Shown: positions 8,046 to 16,920 of the stretch, in pieces | How positions within the stretch are numbered: position 1 is the first letter of the stretch | Layout: each line of letters begins with the position of its first letter | DNA from: Candidatus Bathyarchaeota archaeon | GTDB lineage: Archaea; Thermoproteota; Bathyarchaeia; Bathyarchaeales; Bathyarchaeaceae | Length of the DNA stretch: 64,000 nt | Reading direction: 5' to 3' | Assembly: GCA_030608565.1 (NCBI GenBank) | Contig: JAUWDY010000003.1 | Span: 9,587 to 73,586 of the forward strand | Program-made: the position numbers and the translations under genes | Notes under the pieces: generated by a model | The model's database searches: none | The model's input: only the letters and a program-made list of their open reading frames with translations | Told to the model about the DNA's origin: nothing

Positions 8046-9503
8046 TCATGTTATTAACCCTAGGAGTAAATCTGGCCAGATCCCCAATACGATAGTAGCT
8101 GCCGTCAACGCGACTATTGGAATGAGCAACAGCCACGAACCCTCTTTCACGTTTTCCAAGTTTTCAGGAGTTGCTCCGAAGAAGACTCTCCATACGAACC
8201 ATAAGTAGTACCCTGCCGTGATTACGGAGCTAATGACTGCTATGAGAGTGAACAAAACTTTTCCAGCGGCGAGTCCGCCTCCAAATATCATCCATTCACT
8301 CCAAAATCCGCTCAGAGGAGGAGTTCCAGCCAGAGACAAGGCGCCTATCAAGCATGAGATGGCGGTTATGGGCATTTTTCCAGCTAAGCCTCCTAGTTTT
8401 CTGATGTCTCTTGTTCCAGTTTGGTGGAGGATGACGCCGGCGCACATGAAGAGAAGACCCTTACCAATGGCGTGGTTCACTATGTGAAATAGTCCACCCG
8501 TGACCCCGAGTTCGGAGCTAACCCCAATGCCGAAGAAAATGTATCCCATCTGACTTATGCTAGAATAAGCCAACAATCGTTTGATGTCAGTTTGGGCGAG
8601 GGCCATCAATCCTCCATAAATTATCGTGACGATTCCGATAATGGCTAAATAATCTGAGGTTTGGAGCATTGTTGAGCTAAACATGGAGAGAAAAATCCTT
8701 ATCATGGCGTAGGCACCACATTTGATCATGGCTCCAGACAGCATGGCACTTATCGGTGCAGGGGCCTCAGTATGTGCGTCAGGGAGCCACGTATGCAGAG
8801 GAAATGTCGCCATCTTAACACAGAATCCAATCAGCAGTAAAGCGAAGATGAGCATTATCATGTTTGGCGGTATCTTGCCATATACTCCAGGAAGGGAGAG
8901 TGTAACGAGGTCAAAGGTGCCGGTGTACGTGTAGATCGATAAGATTCCTAGAAGCATACACACTGCGCCAACGTGCGTAAATATGAAGTACTTGAATCCG
9001 ATGGTCAATGCTCTTTTAGCGGTTCCCCAGAAAGCTATTAGGAAATAAGAAGGAATCAGCATTAACTCCCAGAAGAGGTAGAACTGGAGAAGGTTTGAGG
9101 AGAATATTACTCCGAGCATGCCAGACATGAAGAGTAGTAGATTTGCATAGTAGCCTGCTTGCCCAGGTTCATTTTCCATGTATTTGGTGGAGTAGAGACA
9201 TGAGAAAGCGCTGAGGACAGCGATAATTAAGCCTATGGAAAAGCTAATGTTGTCGATATAAAAGCCGAATGTAACCTCAATTGGAGATTTTATCCACTCA
9301 TACGTAACGTAAATCGGCTGTCCTCCGTTTTGGTAGTATCCAATAAGGTCTGGTAGCATAGAAAGAATCAAAAAAACAGAGAGAAAAGCGATTATAGTCG
9401 CTGGCCACCGGACTTTCTTTCCAACACCTCTTCCGACAAGATAGAGAATGATTCCTAGAACTGCGGGAAGAAGCGTTGCCAACAAGGGTATATGGTAGAA
9501 CAT
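8046..9503 (-). CDS. NuoM/MrpD-like antiporter-type membrane subunit
   Basis: 485 aa with about 14 TM helices. FYLFWELMLIPSYFLI, HTWLPDAHTEAPAPISAMLSG and LAYSSISQMGY are Nuo L/M/N-MrpA/D motifs. Confidence 0.85.
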   Translation of the reverse strand: MFYHIPLLATLLPAVLGIILYLVGRGVGKKVRWPATIIAFLSVFLILSMLPDLIGYYQNGGQPIYVTYEWIKSPIEVTFGFYIDNISFSIGLIIAVLSAFSCLYSTKYMENEPGQAGYYANLLLFMSGMLGVIFSSNLLQFYLFWELMLIPSYFLIAFWGTAKRALTIGFKYFIFTHVGAVCMLLGILSIYTYTGTFDLVTLSLPGVYGKIPPNMIMLIFALLLIGFCVKMATFPLHTWLPDAHTEAPAPISAMLSGAMIKCGAYAMIRIFLSMFSSTMLQTSDYLAIIGIVTIIYGGLMALAQTDIKRLLAYSSISQMGYIFFGIGVSSELGVTGGLFHIVNHAIGKGLLFMCAGVILHQTGTRDIRKLGGLAGKMPITAISCLIGALSLAGTPPLSGFWSEWMIFGGGLAAGKVLFTLIAVISSVITAGYYLWFVWRVFFGATPENLENVKEGSWLLLIPIVALTAATIVLGIWPDLLLGLIT

Positions 9504-9513
9504 TAGCTTTCAC

Positions 9514-11577
9514 CTAGGGAATGAACCCTCCAAATATAAATATTAAAACTATCAGCAACACAATTCCAACGGAAACCGCTAGCATATTGTAGGACAAAAT
9601 TCCTGAATGAGTCTTTCTGAAACGTCGACAAAAGGATGTCGTAACATTTGCTATTAAGTAGTTAAGTGCATCGATGCCTCCAAGCTCAAGTTTCTTATAC
9701 GCGGCCTTAGATATTCGCTTGAAGAAACCTGCAACGGCGTAGTTGAATGTGTCAATGCCTCCAAACTCTAATCTTTTATACAATCCTTTTGAAAGTGTGA
9801 TCGCTGGATAAGCGAAGATTTTGTAGTAAAGCGCATTGATGTAAAATCGATTCCAGAAAAACGTATGAATCTTCTTCAGAAACGGGTGTTCTTTAATTAA
9901 TTTGGCTGGATCAACTCGGCGCGCTATGTACAACTGGTATGCAGGATATCCTCCGACTGCTACTGCCACACACGTTAAAACTGTACTTATTGAGGGAACA
10001 ATGTATACCAGAACATCGACAATAGTAGGGAAAGTCAGTGTATGCAAAAGAGGTTGAAGAAACTTGTTAAAGCTCGGGATTAAAAGAAGTGCTAAAAAAT
10101 CCAGAAATGCAGTTACTCCAAGAGTAGCAGCAAGGGAAATGCGCATCAAAAATGGAACCTTTTTAAGAACCCTCTCTTCTGAACCGTGATTCCCCTTTCG
10201 GAAGATAAGCCCCATCATTCTAAGACCGTAAAAGGCAGTTATTCCCCCGCCTATTATTAAAAGAGCAAAAATTACGTAACCCGATATCATCAGCGTGGAT
10301 TGCCCTTTTACGCCAGCCTCTCTTGCAAAATCCAAGGCGACCGTTTGAATCCAGTTCGTGCACCAAAAGCCACTTAGTAGTGGTATACCTGCTATGGCGA
10401 GGGCTCCTACTTCCATGCTTCTATGCGCGATCCGACTCTTGAATCCACTCATATAGTGTAGATTGTCTGAGCCAACTGTATAGAAAATGTACGCCGCAGT
10501 GAGGAAAAGCAGCGCTGAGATGAAGGCGTCTATGGTTAAAAGGAAGGTGCCAGCTAAATATCCCCCGCTTATATCGGTCATTAATCCCGCTAAACCTAAA
10601 GCCGCTATCATGTACCCGATCACACTTGAGATAGAGTATGACAGAACTTTGAATACGTTAGTTTGAACAGTTGCTATAAGAGCACTAATCACTGCTGTAA
10701 GTGCACCTACAAATGCCATGACTAAAAAGAAGTTAACCATACCACTATATTCTATACCTCCATGAAAGATTGGGAGAACTCTAGCCATAATAAAAGGACC
10801 AGCCAAACATTCAGTTAAGGCGTTGAAACAAGAAGGCGAGGCAGCCAGTGCATCTGGAAGCCATTCTTGTAAAGGAAACTGAGCCGCCTTTCCTACAGCT
10901 CCACCAAAGAACATGAGAACTGTGATAAAAAGCAAACCAGACCTTGATAATTCTCCCATCCAGTTGCTACTTCCTGCGAGCTCCCTGATGTTTAAGGTGC
11001 CAGCATAAGTGTATATTAGTAAAATGGATGCAAGCAGCAATACGTCTGCAACACGAAGAAGAATGAAAGTTTTAAGGCCCATATGCGCCTTGCTAGGGTC
11101 TTTGTACCAAAAAGCTGCAAGACCTGTGCAGCATATCCCAACGATTTCCCAACCTATGAACATGAAGAGGAGGTTATTTGCCATCACTATCACTATGTAT
11201 CCACCGATGAAAAGTTGTATGAGAAACCAGAACCTAGCCAGACTTGGCTCTTCTTGCATGTAGGCGACGGAGAAAACTGTAACTAGAAATCCTATACAAG
11301 TAATCACACTTGCCATAAGCACGCTTAAGGGATCAATGTACACGCCAACTTGAATAAGGCTGTTAGAAATCCATGGAATCGTCAAATCGGGCTGAGCTGT
11401 TCCAACCGTTCCAAAATAGATGTCTGGAATCATCGAAAAAGAGAAGAGAGCACTCATTCCGATGGACAAAACGGCTAGATAACTGCTGAATTTTCGACGA
11501 ATTGCGCCAACTAATGGTGTAGCTATGGCTCCGAAGATTGGGATGAGCCAGCAAAGCCATGGCGCATATGGAAGCAA
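9514..11577 (-). CDS. NuoL/MrpA-like antiporter-type membrane subunit with a C-terminal lateral-helix extension
   Basis: 687 aa. FMFIGWEIVGICC and QEWLPDALAASPSCFNAL motifs are present. The C-terminal FYINALYYKIF...GGID..NY region and final TM resemble the NuoL helix HL plus TM16. Confidence 0.85.
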   Translation of the reverse strand: MLPYAPWLCWLIPIFGAIATPLVGAIRRKFSSYLAVLSIGMSALFSFSMIPDIYFGTVGTAQPDLTIPWISNSLIQVGVYIDPLSVLMASVITCIGFLVTVFSVAYMQEEPSLARFWFLIQLFIGGYIVIVMANNLLFMFIGWEIVGICCTGLAAFWYKDPSKAHMGLKTFILLRVADVLLLASILLIYTYAGTLNIRELAGSSNWMGELSRSGLLFITVLMFFGGAVGKAAQFPLQEWLPDALAASPSCFNALTECLAGPFIMARVLPIFHGGIEYSGMVNFFLVMAFVGALTAVISALIATVQTNVFKVLSYSISSVIGYMIAALGLAGLMTDISGGYLAGTFLLTIDAFISALLFLTAAYIFYTVGSDNLHYMSGFKSRIAHRSMEVGALAIAGIPLLSGFWCTNWIQTVALDFAREAGVKGQSTLMISGYVIFALLIIGGGITAFYGLRMMGLIFRKGNHGSEERVLKKVPFLMRISLAATLGVTAFLDFLALLLIPSFNKFLQPLLHTLTFPTIVDVLVYIVPSISTVLTCVAVAVGGYPAYQLYIARRVDPAKLIKEHPFLKKIHTFFWNRFYINALYYKIFAYPAITLSKGLYKRLEFGGIDTFNYAVAGFFKRISKAAYKKLELGGIDALNYLIANVTTSFCRRFRKTHSGILSYNMLAVSVGIVLLIVLIFIFGGFIP
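9619..9780 (-). repeat. Tandem 81-nt (27-aa) duplication inside the NuoL-like lateral-helix region
   Basis: YKRLEFGGIDTFNYAVAGFFKRISKAA is immediately followed by YKKLELGGIDALNYLIANVTTSFCRRF. The DNA arms are gcatcgatgcctccaagctcaagtttcttatac and gtgtcaatgcctccaaactctaatcttttatac. Confidence 0.7.
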
Positions 11578-11904
11578 TGAAGTGTTCTCCTTTAGAGGGA
11601 ATAATTAAGGAGATTATTAGAATAAAAGAACTGCGTCGAAAATTCGTACGACTCTGTAAAATAATCGTTTTATTCGTGCTTGTCTGTTTTGGTTGAACAT
11701 TTTTATTTTCTGTAGGAATCATCACTTTAAATTTTGAATTCATAAAAGGTTACGAAAAAAGAAATATATGAACTAAAGCTCTCTCTATTTATACAGAACT
11801 TTAACGGAGGAGACATAGAATACTTTTTATGTCCTACATAAATCCAAGAAATACGGGTGCTTGCCGATTTACGACAATGGAAATTTGATGTTGAGGACTG
11901 ATTA

Positions 11905-12999
11905 ATGAGATCAAAAAATAGGCTGCCGTTAGCATTTGATCGGTTAAAGAAAATGATTATCGATCAAGGCTTTTGTACCCTGTGTGGTGCATGTGAAGCT
12001 GCTTGTCCAGTCCGTGCAATTAAGATAGTCGAAGAGAAGCCTCAGTGTATCTATGATTGCGCAAAATATTTGGATCACTGTTCAATCTGTTACGATGTCT
12101 GCCCTCATACAGAAGCTCTTTTAATTGAGACCCCAAATTTGGGATGCTATAGGAAAATCCTACTCGCCCAAGCTGTAGAACGTGGTATGAAGGTTGGTCC
12201 TGGGGGTGGTGTCGTTACGGCCCTATTAACTCACGCCCTAGAGAAAGATATTATCGACAGCGCTGTGTTCTCAGAGGCAAAAGCTGGGGTTCCGATGGAA
12301 CTAAAGCCACTCGTCAGTTCCGTTCAAGACGATCTGCTTTCAGCGGTTGAAATTCATTTTTTTCCTTCCGCTGTTGCCAAAGCCTTCCGCAGTGCAGTAC
12401 TTGAGCATAGGAAGCAAAGAATAGCCTTCGTGGGTATTCCTTGTCATGTGCTTGCTCTTCGAAAGTTGGAGGTTTGGCAACATAAGTTAGCGGAAAATCT
12501 CAAGATTGTAATAGGACTCTTCTGTCTTTGGAGCTTTTCTTCAAGTAAACTTCTTCGATATCTCTCACGAAATTACGGCATTAAGCCTTCTGAAGTTCAG
12601 AGAATAGCCCTAACTACAGAATATCTCATTCACACAAAAAAAGGCATCACGAGCATACCGCTTCAAGAGATCAAGTCAAACGTTTTGAACAGATGTCGAA
12701 CCTGCATGGACTTCTCATCAGAACTTGCGGACATATCCGTTGGTGGCGCCAACCCATTGAAGAATTGGTCCACAGTCATAATTCGATCTAAAACAGGCGA
12801 GGATTTCTTTAACGACGCTGTGAAGCATAAGGCAATAAGGACCAAAAACATAGACGAAGAGCCAGACGTTTTCCTCCAAATCACCAAAATGGCTACAAAT
12901 AAAAAAAGAACCGCTTTAAGAGAAGCAAAAAAAAGGAAACGATTGAGTAAGCCGATTCCACCCGCGATAGAATCGTTTGTCGACGACCGCACTACGTAA
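11905..12999 (+). CDS. FrhB/FpoF/FdhB-family F420-binding iron-sulfur flavoprotein (paralogue 1)
   Basis: 364 aa. N-terminal ferredoxin motifs CTLCGACEAACP and CSICYDVCP are present. GGGVVTALLTHALEKDIIDSAV, FVGIPCHVLALRK and the C-terminal CRTCMDFSSELADISVGG are typical of the FrhB family. Confidence 0.8.
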   Translation: MRSKNRLPLAFDRLKKMIIDQGFCTLCGACEAACPVRAIKIVEEKPQCIYDCAKYLDHCSICYDVCPHTEALLIETPNLGCYRKILLAQAVERGMKVGPGGGVVTALLTHALEKDIIDSAVFSEAKAGVPMELKPLVSSVQDDLLSAVEIHFFPSAVAKAFRSAVLEHRKQRIAFVGIPCHVLALRKLEVWQHKLAENLKIVIGLFCLWSFSSSKLLRYLSRNYGIKPSEVQRIALTTEYLIHTKKGITSIPLQEIKSNVLNRCRTCMDFSSELADISVGGANPLKNWSTVIIRSKTGEDFFNDAVKHKAIRTKNIDEEPDVFLQITKMATNKKRTALREAKKRKRLSKPIPPAIESFVDDRTT

Positions 13000-13015
13000 A
13001 ATAATCATTCTCACT

Positions 13016-13192
13016 TCAATAAACCCTTTCTTGCTGTTTATTTACACGTTTTCTTACGGTCTTTATCAGAAGGAAACTCACAATTGTTGTGGCTAAGCAC
13101 GCGACTACGAGAGTAACGTAGACGTTTTGTGGAATAACACCTATTGTGAAACCATGCTGCCACAAGTAATCCAATATCACCGCGGCAATCAT
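13016..13192 (-). pseudogene. Short orphan ORF, possibly the C-terminal remnant of a cation antiporter or other membrane protein
   Basis: 58 aa: MIAAVILDYLWQHGFTIGVIPQNVYVTLVVACLATTIVSFLLIKTVRKRVNKQQERVY. It has one or two TM helices, is isolated and shows no obvious promoter. Confidence 0.25.
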
Positions 13193-13304
13193 TCCTGTTT
13201 TCTATTGGAGTGCTAAGAAGAGAAAATTTATAAGAAACTTTTTACGAGCTTGTGTTTTGTATAATTATAGAAAGGGACCTACTACGAAGACAAACTTAGA
13301 ATTA

Positions 13305-13568
13305 TTGACTCCCGCTATCAGAACCATCGCGACGATAACGGTCGAAATTTTCTACTGGTTGATTAAAGAAGAAGATGTCAGAACACCCAAAATAAAGGAA
13401 ATAGCAGTATATCAAAAGTGCGGTGATAAGTAAATGGATCTGGCACTAATTCCGCTCATCGTTGGATTTTCAGTATTATTCCTCATCGCCTACTTATTCT
13501 GGTCAATCAACAAGGAAAGTGCCGGAACACCCCGCATGAAAGAAATAGCTGGTTACATGCGTGCATAG
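13305..13568 (+). pseudogene. Two tandem N-terminal fragments of a membrane H+/Na+-pyrophosphatase (HppA-like)
   Basis: Fragment 1 is ..EIFYWLIKEEDVRTPKIKEIAVYQKCGDK*. Fragment 2 is MDLALIPLIVGFSVLFLIAYLFWSINKESAGTPRMKEIAGYMRA*. Both resemble the M-PPase N-terminus (..EGTERMKEIS.YIR.GA..) and stop about 40 codons in. Confidence 0.55.
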
Positions 13569-13577
13569 GAACATAAT

Positions 13578-14793
13578 TTGCACTACACTGGGGAGATAGT
13601 TATGGAAGATATATTGCTCCTAATCGTTATCACTTATGGTGTTTCGTTAGGTTTTGGCTTTTTGCTACAGAAATATCTCAGAATTCCTTGGATGTTCGCT
13701 TCTCTATTCTTCGGTCTCATTCTATCCACACTCAACTTATTCACGTCTACCATTGAAAGCGACCTTTTTAACCTGTTACAAACCTTTGGAATGTATTTTC
13801 TTCTATTTATAATAGGGTTTAGCCTCGACTTTAAAAAAATGGCTAGGTTAAAAAATTATGTTTTTTTAGGCACCATTACTATAATTGGTTTTGAAGGCTT
13901 TTTCGGAAGCTTGCTTCTCTATTTTGTTTTTCCAGCTGAAGTAAGCCACTCTTACTTGGTTGCTTTAGTTACAGCCCTTTCCTTTGCAACGGTTGGAGAA
14001 GCAGTTCTACTGCCTATTCTTAATGAATTTGGAGTTATCAAAACAACTTTTGGCCAACTCACGCTGGGAATAGGAACTTTAGACGACATCATAGAAGTTT
14101 TAATGCTTGCAGTTGTTGCTATGTTACCTGCATTTTTACCAGTGACGCAAACACAAAGTTTTCCAGACCCATTCTCAATCCTTTTAGGTTTAGGTTGTCT
14201 GCTTCTCCTCACTTTTGCAATGATAAAGCTTGGGGGTAAAATCAAAAGGATTTTGGAGGAGAACCATCCTCCACCTTATGTTCCTTCCCTCCTTACTTTG
14301 CTAATATTCTTTTCTTTTGCTGCTCTTGGAGGATATGTCTTCGAAAGTTTGGCAACGGTTGGCGCAATTTTTGGCGGGATAGTCCTTAGAGGATTATTAC
14401 CTAAGGAAAGGCTACGTGAAAACGAGAAGAATGTAGAATTTTTGGGTTACATTTTTCTCTCTCCCCTCTTCTTTCTAAGCGTAGGAGCCTCGGTTTCCGT
14501 AACCTCTCTTCTCATTTATCCATCAATGATTGTACTCATTTGGGCTGTTGCGAAAGGCTCAAAACTTTTCTCTTCTGCTTTTCCGCAAATTGCTTGGAAA
14601 TAAATACTCTTTGTTGTTAGGTTTAGGGCTTAGTGTAAGATTCAGCACAAGCCTGATTGTTCAGTTAATGTTGTTAAATTCAGGACTTATTTCCCTAGTC
14701 CTATATTCAACGCTCATTGCAACCGCCATGCTCATGAAGCCAGTAATAATAGGCTTTTACTCTTGGGGCTTATCTAAAAGGAAGCCTCCGTAA
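13578..14793 (+). pseudogene. CPA2-type cation:proton antiporter (Kef/NapA-like) split by one frameshift
   Basis: The 341-aa ORF (13578-14603) and the 87-aa ORF (14530-14793) join as ..AVAKGSKLFS/LLLFRKLLGNKYSLLLGLGLSVRFSTSLIV, a typical CPA2 core. The shift lies at the AAAA/TTTT runs at 14561-14569. It may be an assembly error. Confidence 0.65.
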
Positions 14794-14909
14794 GTCTTGA
14801 TTTTTTCTTTGACGCGTAAAATTTATGCCTTTATTTAAATGGACTATTGACAAACACAAAAATTGAACTCGGAAAAGCAAGAAATGCTCATATTATCGAA
14901 CTATTGACT

Positions 14910-15878
14910 TCATGTTACGCGGAGCAATGCATAGGAAAGTAGGTACACCAAGATGAATAACGCTCCTGCCTTCTTATCGACTTTCTCTCTTAGTGCAAGC
15001 GTTAATACGACCACGATGGAACCAAATATCGCATACAAGCCCGTGATCAAGGCGAGTTCGCCAGATACTGCTTGTGGGAAAAATAACTGCCCAATTCCAA
15101 CGGAAACCGAAGCATCAACCATACAGCTTCCAATAGCGTCACCTATGGCAAGCCCGTATTGTTTCTTGCGGAGGGCCATTACCTCAACCACTAATTCTGG
15201 GAGAGACGTCCCGATCGCCATCACGAAGAAGCTAATGAAATACTCGGAAACATGAAAAACCGCCGATAGTGTGATTACTGACTGGATCACAGCATATGCT
15301 CCGATCGCAATGCCCACGAAGCCGAGAATGGCTATCACCCAGTGACGAAGGTGATGAAAATTGCTTTCATTGTTACGTGCTACCAGATGCTTTTTTTCCT
15401 TAGCATTATTTGCCGTGGCACTTCTAGCTAACAGTATGAAGACTGGCCAGCTAGCCACCAAAAAGAGTGCGTTAATCCTCGTGAAATACCCCTTTTCAGC
15501 TATTGACACTGCAAGTATGAGTGCTAAGACCTCGAATGCCCCGATGATCAGCACCTCTTTCCTCTTCACTTTGAACTTTCCGACTAGGAAGGGAAGAAGC
15601 CCTATCACCAAAGTCATTTGGGTCAAGACAGATCCGAGGGAGTCCCCTAACTCTATGTCTGCGTGACCTATCGCGCACGAGATGATTGAGTTAACGATCT
15701 CTGGCAAATCCGTGCCTATGGACACTAGTACAAGACCGATTAGAAGCGGAGAAATCCTCAATGCTGAAGCAATTTTTACCGAGTGTTCAACTGCCTTGTC
15801 GCTGGAATAAGTCATAAGCACAATTCCTAGAATGAGAGCTACGATTGCAATTATTATCTCAATGGCCAACGAGAACAC
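14910..15878 (-). CDS. CaCA-family Na+/Ca2+ exchanger (YrbG/MaX1-like)
   Basis: 322 aa with two alpha-repeat motifs, GTDLPEIVNSI...GDSLGS and GTSLPELVVEV...GDAIGS. Confidence 0.8.
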   Translation of the reverse strand: MFSLAIEIIIAIVALILGIVLMTYSSDKAVEHSVKIASALRISPLLIGLVLVSIGTDLPEIVNSIISCAIGHADIELGDSLGSVLTQMTLVIGLLPFLVGKFKVKRKEVLIIGAFEVLALILAVSIAEKGYFTRINALFLVASWPVFILLARSATANNAKEKKHLVARNNESNFHHLRHWVIAILGFVGIAIGAYAVIQSVITLSAVFHVSEYFISFFVMAIGTSLPELVVEVMALRKKQYGLAIGDAIGSCMVDASVSVGIGQLFFPQAVSGELALITGLYAIFGSIVVVLTLALREKVDKKAGALFILVYLLSYALLRVT

Positions 15879-15917
15879 ACCCTACAAATGCAACTGGTTA
15901 TCTGATCTTAATGATTT

Positions 15918-15934
15918 AAACGTTATTAACGTTT
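15918..15934. promoter_or_regulatory. Perfect inverted repeat AAACGTT-ATT-AACGTTT, a candidate ArsR-type operator
   Basis: It lies in the 130-nt divergent spacer between the CaCA gene (start 15878) and the ArsR-family gene (start 16009). Confidence 0.35.
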
Positions 15935-16008
15935 TAATTACTTATACCGATTTAATCTTATAAGTAGCTTATGACAACTAAATATCATAATGTTAACTAA
16001 GTCCTGCA

Positions 16009-16599
16009 GTGCACAGAGGAGGAGTACAAGGTACGTCTGAGCTCAGAAAAGCCGTCTATATCGTAGATGACCTTGGCAGCATCCGCTTGCTCGCCGACTT
16101 TACGCGATCAGAAATCCTGCGCTTGTTAAGCAAATATCCGATGACGGAAACTCATCTCTCTGAACAGCTAGGTTTGACAAAGGCCGCCGTCGGCTATCAC
16201 CTACACCTACTCCTAGATGCAGGTCTCATAAGCATAGACAAGGTTGAGGCTGAGAAACACGGCATCCTGCAAAAATTTTACACTCCTATAGCAGATTTAC
16301 TCATCATTGATCCCGCCCATATACCAGAGGACGTTAAAAGATACTTCATACGGATACAAATAGAACATCTACGGGGGATGTTCAGCGTCTTCCAACTATA
16401 CCATCACGTTTCCGAGTTTTCATCAAGAACCTTCGAAAAATTAGCAATAGCGATGCTAAAACAACTCCAAATCGTCGGGCAAAAGCACATGAAAGACATG
16501 ACACGCGGAGATGCTGAATCCTTAAGGGTAAAAATCTATGCTGAAGCCCTCGCCAACCTCACCAAACAAAGGGAATGGCGCAGCCTATTTCAAGAATGA
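16009..16599 (+). CDS. ArsR-family winged-helix transcription regulator
   Basis: 196 aa. RSEILRLLSKYPMTETHLSEQLGLTKAAVGYHLHLLLDAGLI is a canonical ArsR HTH. GTG start. Confidence 0.75.
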   Translation: MHRGGVQGTSELRKAVYIVDDLGSIRLLADFTRSEILRLLSKYPMTETHLSEQLGLTKAAVGYHLHLLLDAGLISIDKVEAEKHGILQKFYTPIADLLIIDPAHIPEDVKRYFIRIQIEHLRGMFSVFQLYHHVSEFSSRTFEKLAIAMLKQLQIVGQKHMKDMTRGDAESLRVKIYAEALANLTKQREWRSLFQE

Positions 16600-16920
16600 G
16601 AGGAAAATCAAGCTACGATTGCACACATTTCATTTGATGCATGCATATCGACAAAGAAGCAAAAACCGGAAACTGTTAGAAGTTGAGTTTCATAAATTGA
16701 GAAACATAAGAACCCTAACCGCAGGGTAGAAAATGACTTTATCAACACCTATATCTACTTCGATCAATTTATGGGCACCTCCATGAGAAACTACGTTAGC
16801 ATTTGAAAGCGTATTCTATCAACGTGACGCGCTGGGCTAAGATAGTAGCAAGTCACCAATATGGACAGCAGGAAGTTCCTCCGTCAGTGAAAATGCCCAC
16901 ACTATTTGTCAGAAGAAACG

